From the IMG/VR virus record IMGVR_UViG_3300050132_000042, positions 1 through 61,474 of that record: a stretch of 61,474 bases of DNA. One strand, 5' to 3'. Under the pieces are notes generated by a model that did no database searches, was not told where the DNA came from, and worked only from the letters and a program-made list of their open reading frames with translations. Positions within the stretch are counted from its first letter, which is position 1. Each line of letters begins with the position of its first letter. Shown in pieces: positions 9,130 to 17,560 of this stretch. This stretch comes from a virus. Taxonomy: Duplodnaviria; Caudoviricetes. The position numbers and the translations under genes are program-made.

Positions 9130-9780
9130 AGTCCCCACGGGTCTAGGCTCAGGGGATTGGGTCAGAACCGAAGTGAATGTTCCTGAACCATTTGTCTTTG
9201 CGACACGGGCACCAGACGCAGGCGGCGCGAGGTGAGGTTGATCGAGTGCATGAAGGCACGATGATCAGCAGAGGCCCAAGTCAGACAGCAAGCGCGAACG
9301 GTGAACGCGCTCCATCTCCTCAGAGTGAGATGACATGATCCAGCGCGATCAAGTAGTCCGTAGGGTAACGCATGATGCGGATTCAAGAGAACGATGGGGC
9401 CGAGCAGGGCACGAGATGCACTGACTCAAGTGACGACCCCGAGCTTGTGATGAACGGTGACAACCACGCAAGCTCACAACCGAGGCGGGCGGCCTCAGCA
9501 GTACATGAAGCACTTGCCAGGGCGTTTCAGGACGCTCGCCCGGAACGAGACGGACGAAGAAGATCGAATGAGAAGGGCCGCTAGACTGCAAAAGCAGGTT
9601 TGGCCCGATGCGCTGGCAAACACTGATGATGCGCGAAGCGTGTTCTTGCGGACACCTGACATCAGTGAGTACTGAGCAACGAACTTGCGGCGGGCGATTA
9701 ACAACGCTCTGCGGGAAACACCCGCCGCGAATCGTTGCACAGAACCGAGCAGCGATACAGGCTGCTCGTTCCTGTGCAAT
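9130..9780 (+). ncRNA. Putative large structured non-coding RNA
   Basis: No convincing CDS in an otherwise gene-dense genome; more than 15 helices, including nested long-range pairings (see findings). Confidence 0.65.
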
Positions 9781-9885
9781 CAAGCATGGGCATCGCAATC
9801 AGAGGAGAACTTATGGCGCACTTCTAGCATCGCCCCTTCCATCCCGCGCATATTGTGCAGTGCTGACATCTGACAGGAGAACACC

Positions 9886-10092
9886 ATGAAGCCCACCACG
9901 ACCACATGCCCCGCTTGCGGGCGCAAGTCCATCCATCTCGGCGTGCTCACCAACGTCGCCACGACGATTCATCGTGTGGCATGCTCTGAGTGCAAGGTGA
10001 AATGGCAAGTGAAGAATACGCCGCTGCCCACCAAGTACGCGGGCGTATTCATGAACCAACTCGATTTCGTCAACATCTCATGGGGGCGCTGA
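9886..10092 (+). CDS. Small zinc-ribbon protein
   Basis: CPAC...CSEC; AGGAGA RBS. Confidence 0.65.
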   Translation: MKPTTTTCPACGRKSIHLGVLTNVATTIHRVACSECKVKWQVKNTPLPTKYAGVFMNQLDFVNISWGR

Positions 10093-10373
10093 TGATCAGC
10101 AACCGGCCCACTGGCTACCAGTGCATGCAGTACACCGCGAAAGAACTGATCGAGCGCTGGGGCAAGTTCCACGCCGACATCACGGTCAGCCCGCTCCCGA
10201 AGCACAAGTACACCATCGAGATCATGCGCCACGACGGCATGACGGAGACCTGGAACTTCTCCGAGGTTGGCGTGCTGCTCTATGCTGCCCGCAACGCCAA
10301 GCGGATGTACAAGGCTGCCTGCGTGCTGGTCATCAGCCGCGACGGGAACTTCTTCACGGCCAAGGAGGTCTGA
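10092..10373 (+). CDS. Hypothetical early protein
   Basis: TGATG overlap; phage-like codon usage. Confidence 0.6.
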   Translation: MISNRPTGYQCMQYTAKELIERWGKFHADITVSPLPKHKYTIEIMRHDGMTETWNFSEVGVLLYAARNAKRMYKAACVLVISRDGNFFTAKEV

Positions 10374-10487
10374 GATGGAACGCGAGTTCATCAGTCCGTG
10401 GATCAGCAGGCATTGTCTCAGGTATCTCGCGCGGCATCCTCGTGCAGTGTGGTCATTGTCATGGGTCAATCTTGAAACCAGGGAGAA

Positions 10488-10823
10488 GTGATGAAGCATC
10501 GAGTCTACGTCCAGCGTGATCAGTACGGTGCGCTCGTCAAGGCGAGCTTCAACAAGTTCGACGGCACGACCGGCGGCTCGTGGGCCAGCACGACGAGGCA
10601 GCTTGCGGGTATCTGCATGCACGGCGATACCACCATGCGCCTGTTCGAGTCGTGCTGGCGTGATGCTGCGCGCGATTGCATGGTCGGCCACAGCAAGCCG
10701 ATCACCAAGTACAGCGACGACCAGGACATCGAGTGTGCGCGGCAGGACGCCGAAATGCTTGATGCGTACGCGCGTGGCAAGGTGAACAACGAGCGCAGCA
10801 GCTTCTACATTCACGGGAGGTAA
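10488..10823 (+). CDS. Hypothetical early protein
   Basis: GGAG RBS; codon usage. Confidence 0.6.
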   Translation: MMKHRVYVQRDQYGALVKASFNKFDGTTGGSWASTTRQLAGICMHGDTTMRLFESCWRDAARDCMVGHSKPITKYSDDQDIECARQDAEMLDAYARGKVNNERSSFYIHGR

Positions 10824-10825
10824 AC

Positions 10826-11341
10826 ATGCAGATAGCATACATACGCCATGATGATGACTGTGCGTCGCCACGTGAGAACGACAATCTCGGCACGCTCTGC
10901 CTGTTCTCCCGGCGCTACCGGCTGCCCAACGAGTCGATCTTGACGCTCGAATCTCTGCATGAGTACTTGGCCAGTCCGCAGTTCTGTGGCGTGCAGTTGC
11001 CGGTGTGGGTTTATGATCATGGGCGAGTCGCGTACACGGCTGGCTCTCGTATGGGCTGCTTCGCTGATCGGTGGGACTCAGCACAGGCTGGTATGATCTA
11101 CATCGAGCAGAAGAAGATCATCGAGGAGTTCGGCACCGGCAGAACCGACGAGCAGATCGCTGAGTACTTGCGCAACGAGGTTGACGAGTTCAGCAAGTGG
11201 GCCGATGGAGAATGCTACGGCTACATTCTCATGGAAGACGGCGTCGAGGTTGACGCCTGCTGGGGGTTCATCGGCTATGACGAGGTCGTGGCCGCAGCGA
11301 AGGAAGCGGGCGCTGAACAGATCATCGACAAGGAGGACTGA
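10826..11341 (+). CDS. Conserved phage/mobile-element hypothetical protein
   Basis: SPRENDNLG...YDHG...WDS.Q.G...GECYGY...DACWGFIG pattern; GGAGG RBS. Confidence 0.75.
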   Translation: MQIAYIRHDDDCASPRENDNLGTLCLFSRRYRLPNESILTLESLHEYLASPQFCGVQLPVWVYDHGRVAYTAGSRMGCFADRWDSAQAGMIYIEQKKIIEEFGTGRTDEQIAEYLRNEVDEFSKWADGECYGYILMEDGVEVDACWGFIGYDEVVAAAKEAGAEQIIDKED

Positions 11342-11342
11342 T

Positions 11343-11660
11343 ATGACCAAGTACTTGCAATCCGGCACGCTGATCCACGGCACGATGCGCAGCGAGGATC
11401 TGATCCCCGCGTTCATCGAGGCACTCGAAGCCATCGAGTTGTCCCCCGATGAGAAGGATGAGGTGGAGCAGATCAAGACCGCGATGCAGCGGCCCGGCTT
11501 CTACGACAGCGAAGACGCCGACTGGTCGCTCAACGAAGTGCTGTTCTACCTGCTCAATGAGCACTGCCCCGAAGATCACTACTTCGGCAACATCGAGGGC
11601 GACGGCAGCGACTACGGCTGCTGGCCGTGCAGCGATGGAAGCGAGTGTGCCCCGTGCTGA
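11343..11660 (+). CDS. Conserved phage hypothetical protein
   Basis: GTLIHGTMRSEDLIPAF...YFGNIEGDGSDYGCW. Confidence 0.7.
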   Translation: MTKYLQSGTLIHGTMRSEDLIPAFIEALEAIELSPDEKDEVEQIKTAMQRPGFYDSEDADWSLNEVLFYLLNEHCPEDHYFGNIEGDGSDYGCWPCSDGSECAPC

Positions 11661-11977
11661 CCGAGAAGAAGATCTACCTGGAGCACTGCATGCAGGCCGA
11701 CCCGCAGTTCTTGCGCGAGTGCCTGGATGAACCCAGCAGGTTCATGCGCCCGATCCATCTGCTGCTGATCAGGCTCGCGCTGAGAAAGCGAGGACTGGCA
11801 TGAGGACGTACTACTTGTATCAGTACAGCGGCGTGTCGCATCGGCGCACGCTCAACGACATGATCATTGCCACTGTGCGGGCGTCGAACACCGACGACGC
11901 ATGGTGGTTGTTCCAGGATCGCAACCCCAAGGTCAAGCGGTTCGTGGGCATCTGACATCTGACATAGGAGGACCATC

Positions 11978-12358
11978 ATGGTCATCACCAGCAGCACTCG
12001 CAGCATCCTCTCCAGCGCGTTGATCGCGCTCACCGGCCCGCTGCCAATCCACAAGTCCAAGAGCGTGCTTCGCGCCGCATTCCTGGCCAAGCGCAAGGCC
12101 GAGCGCGAGCAGTGCATTCCGTTCGCGCACGGTGCTGAGGACTCGCACAAGTGGGAGAGCGAGAGCAACAAGCCGAAGTCGCAGCGCACCTACTATCTGG
12201 GCCTCGGCGGCCTCGTGAGTCAGCGCATCGCGCTGGTCGGCGACCTGCATGCGACCTGCCGCGCCCACGACACCGCCGAGGCGCTCGACAAGTTCACGCA
12301 GTCGTACCGGGCGCGCGAGTGCCAGCCGTTGTTCGCGCCGTTCGTGAAAGGACACTAA
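11978..12358 (+). CDS. Hypothetical early protein
   Basis: AGGAGG RBS preceded by a CATCTGA tandem repeat. Confidence 0.6.
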   Translation: MVITSSTRSILSSALIALTGPLPIHKSKSVLRAAFLAKRKAEREQCIPFAHGAEDSHKWESESNKPKSQRTYYLGLGGLVSQRIALVGDLHATCRAHDTAEALDKFTQSYRARECQPLFAPFVKGH

Positions 12359-12359
12359 G

Positions 12360-12686
12360 ATGATCGTCTACGCCATCAAGCACATTCCGACCGGCAAGTT
12401 CATGCCCGCGAGAATGGAAGGCTCTCGCAGTGGCTCGCGCGGCTGGAGCCACTGGGTTCCCGAGCATCAGTCTTCGCCCGAAGTTCTTCCACGTCTCTGG
12501 CAGACGCATCAGCGGGCCGCGCGGGCGCTCACCGCATGGCTCGAAGGCGTGTTCGTCTACGTCGTGGAACATTACGGAGAGTACGGCCAAGAGACAGATT
12601 GCGTACTGCAACCGACCAAGCCAATCATCGAACGTAAGCGTGAGGACATGGTCATCGTGCCCATGACGCTCACTTCTCACATCTGA
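12360..12686 (+). CDS. Hypothetical early protein
   Basis: MIVYAIKHIPTGKF-type N-terminus. Confidence 0.65.
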   Translation: MIVYAIKHIPTGKFMPARMEGSRSGSRGWSHWVPEHQSSPEVLPRLWQTHQRAARALTAWLEGVFVYVVEHYGEYGQETDCVLQPTKPIIERKREDMVIVPMTLTSHI

Positions 12687-12975
12687 CAGGAGAATCAAAT
12701 GACACCATCCGATATCGAAGTGCTGCTGCATTACAACACCATCGGCACCCCTCACCCGCGCATCCACGCTCCCGCTGTCCGTCAAGGCATCGAGTGGTTC
12801 GTTCGCATGGATGTGCTCGCGCCTACTGTCGACGAAGGCGCCTATGAACTGACACCGAGAGGCAAAGCACTACTCAGCTTGCTCTGCAATACGCTGATGC
12901 CGACGCCCGCGTGGCTCGACGCTGCTGGCAACATCATCACCAAGTAAATCGCACATCTGACAGGAGAATCAAATG
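12678..12975 (+). repeat. 24-bp direct repeats flanking one gene
   Basis: CACATCTGACAGGAGAATCAAATG is identical at 12678-12701 and 12952-12975. Confidence 0.95.
12699..12947 (+). CDS. Small winged-helix-like hypothetical protein
   Basis: YELTPRGKALL wing motif; strong RBS. Confidence 0.65.
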   Translation: MTPSDIEVLLHYNTIGTPHPRIHAPAVRQGIEWFVRMDVLAPTVDEGAYELTPRGKALLSLLCNTLMPTPAWLDAAGNIITK

Positions 12976-13962
12976 GCTCACAATCTGAAGAAGAACGCGC
13001 AGGGCGTCGAGGAAATGGCATTCAACGTCGAGGGCGGCGTGCCCTGGCACAAGCTGGGCACTCCGGTCGACGGCCCGATGACCGTCGAGACCGCCAAGCG
13101 GGTGCTGCCGTTCACCTACCGCAAGGAGAAGCTGCTGCGGCCCAACGGCGAAGTGATCGAGGGTTACGAGAGCATCGTGATCAGCGACACCAACAAGATC
13201 ATGGGCATCGGCGGCAGCACGGCCAGCATCTACCAGCCCGAGGACTGCGCTCGCTTCGTCGAAGCGCTCTGCGACGAGAAGCAGTTGGTCGAGACCGTGG
13301 GCGCACTCGGCAACGGTGAGCGCATCTGGTTCCTCGTCCACACGCCCGATTATAAGTACGAAGTGTTCAAGGGCGACGAGCATCGGATGTACACGCTGAT
13401 CACCAACGCGTACGACTTCACTGCCGCGCTCGAAGCCCGCTACACCGACATCAGGGCCGTCTGCGAGAACACGGTCAACGCCGCGACCAGCGGTTCGCCC
13501 GCGACCGTGAAGATCAAGCACACGTCGAACATGCACCAGCGGGCCAACATCGCCGCCGAGATCTTCAAGGGCTACGTGCGAGCCAACGCGAACTTCAAGG
13601 AGGCGATGAAGTACTTGGCCAAGCATCCGATCACCGATGCGCTGGTGAAGGAGTTCACGATCAGCATGTTCGGCGATCCCGAGAAGACCGAAGAAGGTCG
13701 TGCGCAGACGATCCTGGCGAACAAGCTGAACAAGTTCGGCGAGTTGCTGGTGTGTGGGCGCGGCACTGACATCAAGGGCGTGGCCGGTTCGATGTATGGC
13801 ATGTTCAACGCGTTCACCGAGTATCAGGACTACTACTCGACCGTGCGCAACGCGAAGGACGCGAGCGGTGCTGTGAACCGCACGAGCAGCATCCTGTTCG
13901 GGCAGGCCAACAAGGAGAAGTCCAAGGCGCTCGAAGTCGCGCTTGTGCTGAGCGGAAGGTGA
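12973..13962 (+). CDS. DUF932 / TIGR03299 phage-plasmid family protein
   Basis: MAHNL...VPWHKLG...ETVGALGNGERIW...IRAVCENT...NAFTEYQD. Confidence 0.85.
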   Translation: MAHNLKKNAQGVEEMAFNVEGGVPWHKLGTPVDGPMTVETAKRVLPFTYRKEKLLRPNGEVIEGYESIVISDTNKIMGIGGSTASIYQPEDCARFVEALCDEKQLVETVGALGNGERIWFLVHTPDYKYEVFKGDEHRMYTLITNAYDFTAALEARYTDIRAVCENTVNAATSGSPATVKIKHTSNMHQRANIAAEIFKGYVRANANFKEAMKYLAKHPITDALVKEFTISMFGDPEKTEEGRAQTILANKLNKFGELLVCGRGTDIKGVAGSMYGMFNAFTEYQDYYSTVRNAKDASGAVNRTSSILFGQANKEKSKALEVALVLSGR

Positions 13963-14244
13963 GTATGGCTCACATCATATTTAACAGGCAGCAGGTCGTC
14001 GCCGCGCTGCGCTGCGAAGCGATCAGCGCAGGCTGGGATGCCGATATGGATGTCCCGCCCGCAGACGAATGCAATGTAGATGTCACGCTCGACAACAAGG
14101 GCAGGCTGAAACACGCAACCCTTACTTGGGACTCGTGATCTTGTATTCATGCACGCACGAAAAATAATTATGGACGTGGGGCAGCATCGTGCTACCCTGC
14201 GTCTTGGTGATCCAGCATCTAGCATCTAGCATCGGAGTACTAAA

Positions 14245-15168
14245 ATGGCTTCTCTCTACCAGGACACCCAGGCCCGCATCGCCATCGTCATCACGGCCAA
14301 CGCGAACTTCATCGACTACGTGCAACATTCCGGCAAGAAGGTTGACACGTACCACGTTCCCACCAAGGACTTCAACAAGTTCTTCCACATCATCGAGGGC
14401 GGCAAGACCGGCCCCGTCGATGCTGCGAAGAAGCTGCTCGCTCTCGCCAACAGTGGCGTGAGCATTACGCCCGAAGCGAAGCAGGAGCTTCAGGGCATCG
14501 TTGCCAAGGCACCACTCATGGAGGCCCCCATGGCCATCCCCACCTCTCTCCCCAAGTCCAACGGCAAGACTGACAAGCCGAAGGGCAAGCCCGCTCCGCA
14601 GAAGCTCAGCGAACTGCCGGTCGCGAAGAACACCGACGACAAGATCAGCAAGCTCGCGCCCGTGGCCGAAGCCACTGCGCCGAAGGCCGCGCATGCTCCC
14701 CGCGCCGAGAAGCCCGAAGTCGAAGCCAGCGACCTCGTGAAGCAGGCCCAGGCCGATGCCGACGCGATGATCGCCGAGGCCGAGGCCATGCTGGAGGAAG
14801 CGAAGAAGAAGGCCGACGAGAAGAAGGCCGGTGACGCAGCCAAGGCCGAAGCGAAGAAGATCATCGAGAAGGCCAAGGCCGAAGTCGCCAAGATCAAGGC
14901 GGCAATCGCCAAGCTCGGCAAGAAGGGCGGGCGCAAGGCGAAGGCCGAAGGCGATGGCGGCGAGCGCGCCCCGCGCGATACCGAGGACATCAGCGCGAAG
15001 AAGATCGTCCAGGTCGAAGCTCCGGTCGTGCGCGAGGGCAGCGCTCGCGGTGAACTCATCGCCACGATCTACAAGTGCAAGACCGTGAAGAACGCGCTGA
15101 CCTACGAGGGCGTGCGCCCGCAGATGATCAAGCAGATGGTCACGAAGGGCTACATCACTTTGGAGTAG
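14245..15168 (+). CDS. Lys/Ala-rich (histone-like or coiled-coil) protein
   Basis: K/A/E-rich central helix; strongly biased codon usage. Confidence 0.75.
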   Translation: MASLYQDTQARIAIVITANANFIDYVQHSGKKVDTYHVPTKDFNKFFHIIEGGKTGPVDAAKKLLALANSGVSITPEAKQELQGIVAKAPLMEAPMAIPTSLPKSNGKTDKPKGKPAPQKLSELPVAKNTDDKISKLAPVAEATAPKAAHAPRAEKPEVEASDLVKQAQADADAMIAEAEAMLEEAKKKADEKKAGDAAKAEAKKIIEKAKAEVAKIKAAIAKLGKKGGRKAKAEGDGGERAPRDTEDISAKKIVQVEAPVVREGSARGELIATIYKCKTVKNALTYEGVRPQMIKQMVTKGYITLE

Positions 15169-15172
15169 TCTA

Positions 15173-15640
15173 ATGGGATACCCAGCAACTCCAGTGCAAG
15201 ATCGGATCATGGCAAAGATCAACACACGCAATCCAGATGCGTGCTGGAATTGGCTAGGCTGTAAATCTCTAGTTGGATACGGGTACATCAAAATTAAAAA
15301 GAAAATGGTGTACGCGCATCGAGCGGCGTACGAATCATTCGTTGGGCTCATACCATATGGGATGCACATTGATCATGTTTGCGAAAACAAGTCATGTGTT
15401 AATCCCAGCCATCTTCGTATCGCCACAATAAATGACAACATGCACCATAGGAGATTGCAGACTAACAATACGTCTGGGTACAAAGGCGTCCGTCATGTAT
15501 CTACATTCAAATGGGAGGCTCGCATTATGGTGAACAAAGTTTCAATCTGCATCGGCAGGTTTAACAGCCCTATCGATGCTCATACGGCTTACTGTGATGC
15601 TGCTCGCCAGTACCATGGTGAGTTCGCAAGCGGTGGTTAG
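15173..15640 (+). CDS. HNH homing endonuclease with an AP2-like domain
   Basis: CWNWLG...AHRAAY...IDHVCENKSCVNPSHL...N; NNTSGYKGV...WEARI; lower GC than neighbours. Confidence 0.9.
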   Translation: MGYPATPVQDRIMAKINTRNPDACWNWLGCKSLVGYGYIKIKKKMVYAHRAAYESFVGLIPYGMHIDHVCENKSCVNPSHLRIATINDNMHHRRLQTNNTSGYKGVRHVSTFKWEARIMVNKVSICIGRFNSPIDAHTAYCDAARQYHGEFASGG

Positions 15641-15641
15641 C

Positions 15642-16340
15642 ATGACCGCAGCGGCAGCAACCACACGAAAGAAGAAGCTGGCCAGCCCCAAGCAGCCCAC
15701 GGTCATGCAAGGTACCGAGGCATGGCGTCTGCTCCGGTGCGCGAAGGTGACAGCCTCGCGCATCTCTGATGTCATGAACTTCAAGAAGGACGGCAGCGAG
15801 TCGGCAGCACGCCGCGAGTACCGGCTCCAGGTCGTCACCGAGATGCTCACCGGCATCCCGTATGACTACGGCTTCGAGACTCCAGCCATGCGCTGGGGTC
15901 GAGAGACCGAGCCGCTCGCACGGATCGTCTACAGCGAGCTTGCCCAGGTAGCTGTGGACCAGATCGCATTCGTCGATCACCCCACCATCAAGAATGCAGG
16001 CGCATCGCCTGATGGTCTGGTCGGCAAGGACGGGCTGCTTGAATTGAAGTGTCCGACTTCGTTCACGCATCTGAATTACTTGCTCACCCCCGGCTCGATT
16101 GAGGGCGATTACATGGATCAGGTCCAGTGGCAGCTTGCCTGCACCAAGCGGCTGTGGTGCGATCTGGTTTCGTATGACCCGCGCATGCCTGAGAACCTGC
16201 GCGTGTATCGGATTCGCATCAAGCGAGACGAAGACCTGATCAAGAAGTACGAATTGAACGTGAACAAGTTCATCGACGAGTGCCGTGCGCTCGTCACCAC
16301 GTTGGCGTCCTACACGCCGACCCTTACAGCGAAAGGCTGA
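15642..16340 (+). CDS. YqaJ / lambda-exonuclease family nuclease
   Basis: QGTEAW...TASRI...MRWGRETEP...GASPDGL...LELKCP...QVQWQL. Confidence 0.9.
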   Translation: MTAAAATTRKKKLASPKQPTVMQGTEAWRLLRCAKVTASRISDVMNFKKDGSESAARREYRLQVVTEMLTGIPYDYGFETPAMRWGRETEPLARIVYSELAQVAVDQIAFVDHPTIKNAGASPDGLVGKDGLLELKCPTSFTHLNYLLTPGSIEGDYMDQVQWQLACTKRLWCDLVSYDPRMPENLRVYRIRIKRDEDLIKKYELNVNKFIDECRALVTTLASYTPTLTAKG

Positions 16341-16344
16341 CATC

Positions 16345-17163
16345 ATGGCAATCACCAAGAAGACCACCACGCAAGTCAACACCTGGGACGAGAAGCTCGC
16401 GAAGGAAGCCGACATCAGCGCTGGCCAGGAAGCCGGTGCCGCTGGCGGGCAGTTCTTCAGTCTGCGGGCGGGCATCCTCAAGTTCGACGGCGCTGCGATG
16501 CCGGGGAACCAGATCGCCTGCATCATCATCGACAACGTCCTGGAGAACGTGTACTACCCCGGTGCGTTCGACGCCGAGAACCCCACCCCGCCCAAGTGCT
16601 TCGCGTTCGGACGGGTCGACAACAACGGCGACCTGCCGCCCATGACCCCGCACGAGATCGTGCTGGAGAAGCAGAGCGAACTGTGCAGCAAGTGCCAGTG
16701 GGCGCAGTGGGGCACGAAGGTCCGCGCCGATGGCAGCAAGAGCAGGGGCAAGGCGTGCAGCGAGACGCGACGGCTGGCGATCATCATCGCTGGCAACTTC
16801 GTCGGCGGGCAGTTCCAGCCCATCGCCAAGGCCGATGCGTCTGACCACTTCGCCAACGCGAAGGTCGGCTACATGAAGCTGCCCGTCACCAGCGTCAAGA
16901 ACTTCTCCGGCTACGTTCGCTCCTGCAAGAGCGCGTTCGCCCGCCCGCCCTATGCGATGTATACCCGCATCTGGCTCACGCCGAACGCCGACAACCAGTT
17001 CGACGTGAACTTCGAGGCGTTGGGCAAGGTGCCCAGTGAACTCCAGAACGTGATCGAACTGCGGCATGATCAGGCCGTCGAGGAAATCATGTTCCCGTAC
17101 CAGCCCGCTGCTGAAGTCGAGAAGCCGAAGGCGGCAGTGCCACCGAAGCGCAAGAAGTACTAG
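16345..17163 (+). CDS. Probable single-stranded DNA-binding protein
   Basis: Y..PxCF...CxxCxWxQWG...GKAC...LPVTSVKNF pattern; sits upstream of polA and is followed by a terminator. Confidence 0.6.
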   Translation: MAITKKTTTQVNTWDEKLAKEADISAGQEAGAAGGQFFSLRAGILKFDGAAMPGNQIACIIIDNVLENVYYPGAFDAENPTPPKCFAFGRVDNNGDLPPMTPHEIVLEKQSELCSKCQWAQWGTKVRADGSKSRGKACSETRRLAIIIAGNFVGGQFQPIAKADASDHFANAKVGYMKLPVTSVKNFSGYVRSCKSAFARPPYAMYTRIWLTPNADNQFDVNFEALGKVPSELQNVIELRHDQAVEEIMFPYQPAAEVEKPKAAVPPKRKKY

Positions 17164-17178
17164 CCAGTCGTTTCAATC

Positions 17179-17215
17179 TGCGGGGCAGCGTTCAATTGCG
17201 CTGCCCCGCATTTCC
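17179..17215 (+). terminator. Rho-independent terminator
   Basis: TGCGGGGCAGCG-ttcaattg-CGCTGCCCCGCA followed by TTTC. Confidence 0.75.
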
Positions 17216-17229
17216 ATTCTGGAGCAAGC

Positions 17230-17421
17230 ATGAAGAACGCACTCGACAACTGGGTGGCCATCAACGAAGCGATGAAGAACTGCACAGAGAAGGAAGCACT
17301 CAAGCTGATGGAGAAGGAGCGCAGTGGTGAGAACCGGACCCGCGTGCTGCTGCGCATCCACTCTCGCATGAACAAGCTGCGGGCCGACCGGGAGCGTCGG
17401 GAGATCATGGGAGGAAAGTGA
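17230..17421 (+). CDS. Conserved small phage protein
   Basis: W..IN...E...R...LLRIHSRMNKLRADRER; GGAG RBS. Confidence 0.7.
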   Translation: MKNALDNWVAINEAMKNCTEKEALKLMEKERSGENRTRVLLRIHSRMNKLRADRERREIMGGK

Positions 17422-17560
17422 TGCTCAAGCCCAAGCGGTTGTTGACCGAGAGCCCGTACTACTGCCCGCTGCGCTCGCGCCAATCAGTCAAAAATATCGG
17501 CAGAAAGAAAAAGCGAGATTGCGCGCAAACGTGCAGCGCTTTACACGCACGAGGAAAGAA

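Noticed and set aside
9162-9889. Several 60-150 aa ORFs on both strands in the structured region
   Set aside because: They overlap each other, lack good RBSs and phage-like codon bias, and have Arg/Ser/Cys-rich random composition. A small real peptide cannot be fully excluded.
14122-15369. 415-aa - strand ORF and other long antisense ORFs in the early region
   Set aside because: Mirror frames of biased + strand genes; they conflict with the uniform strand organisation.
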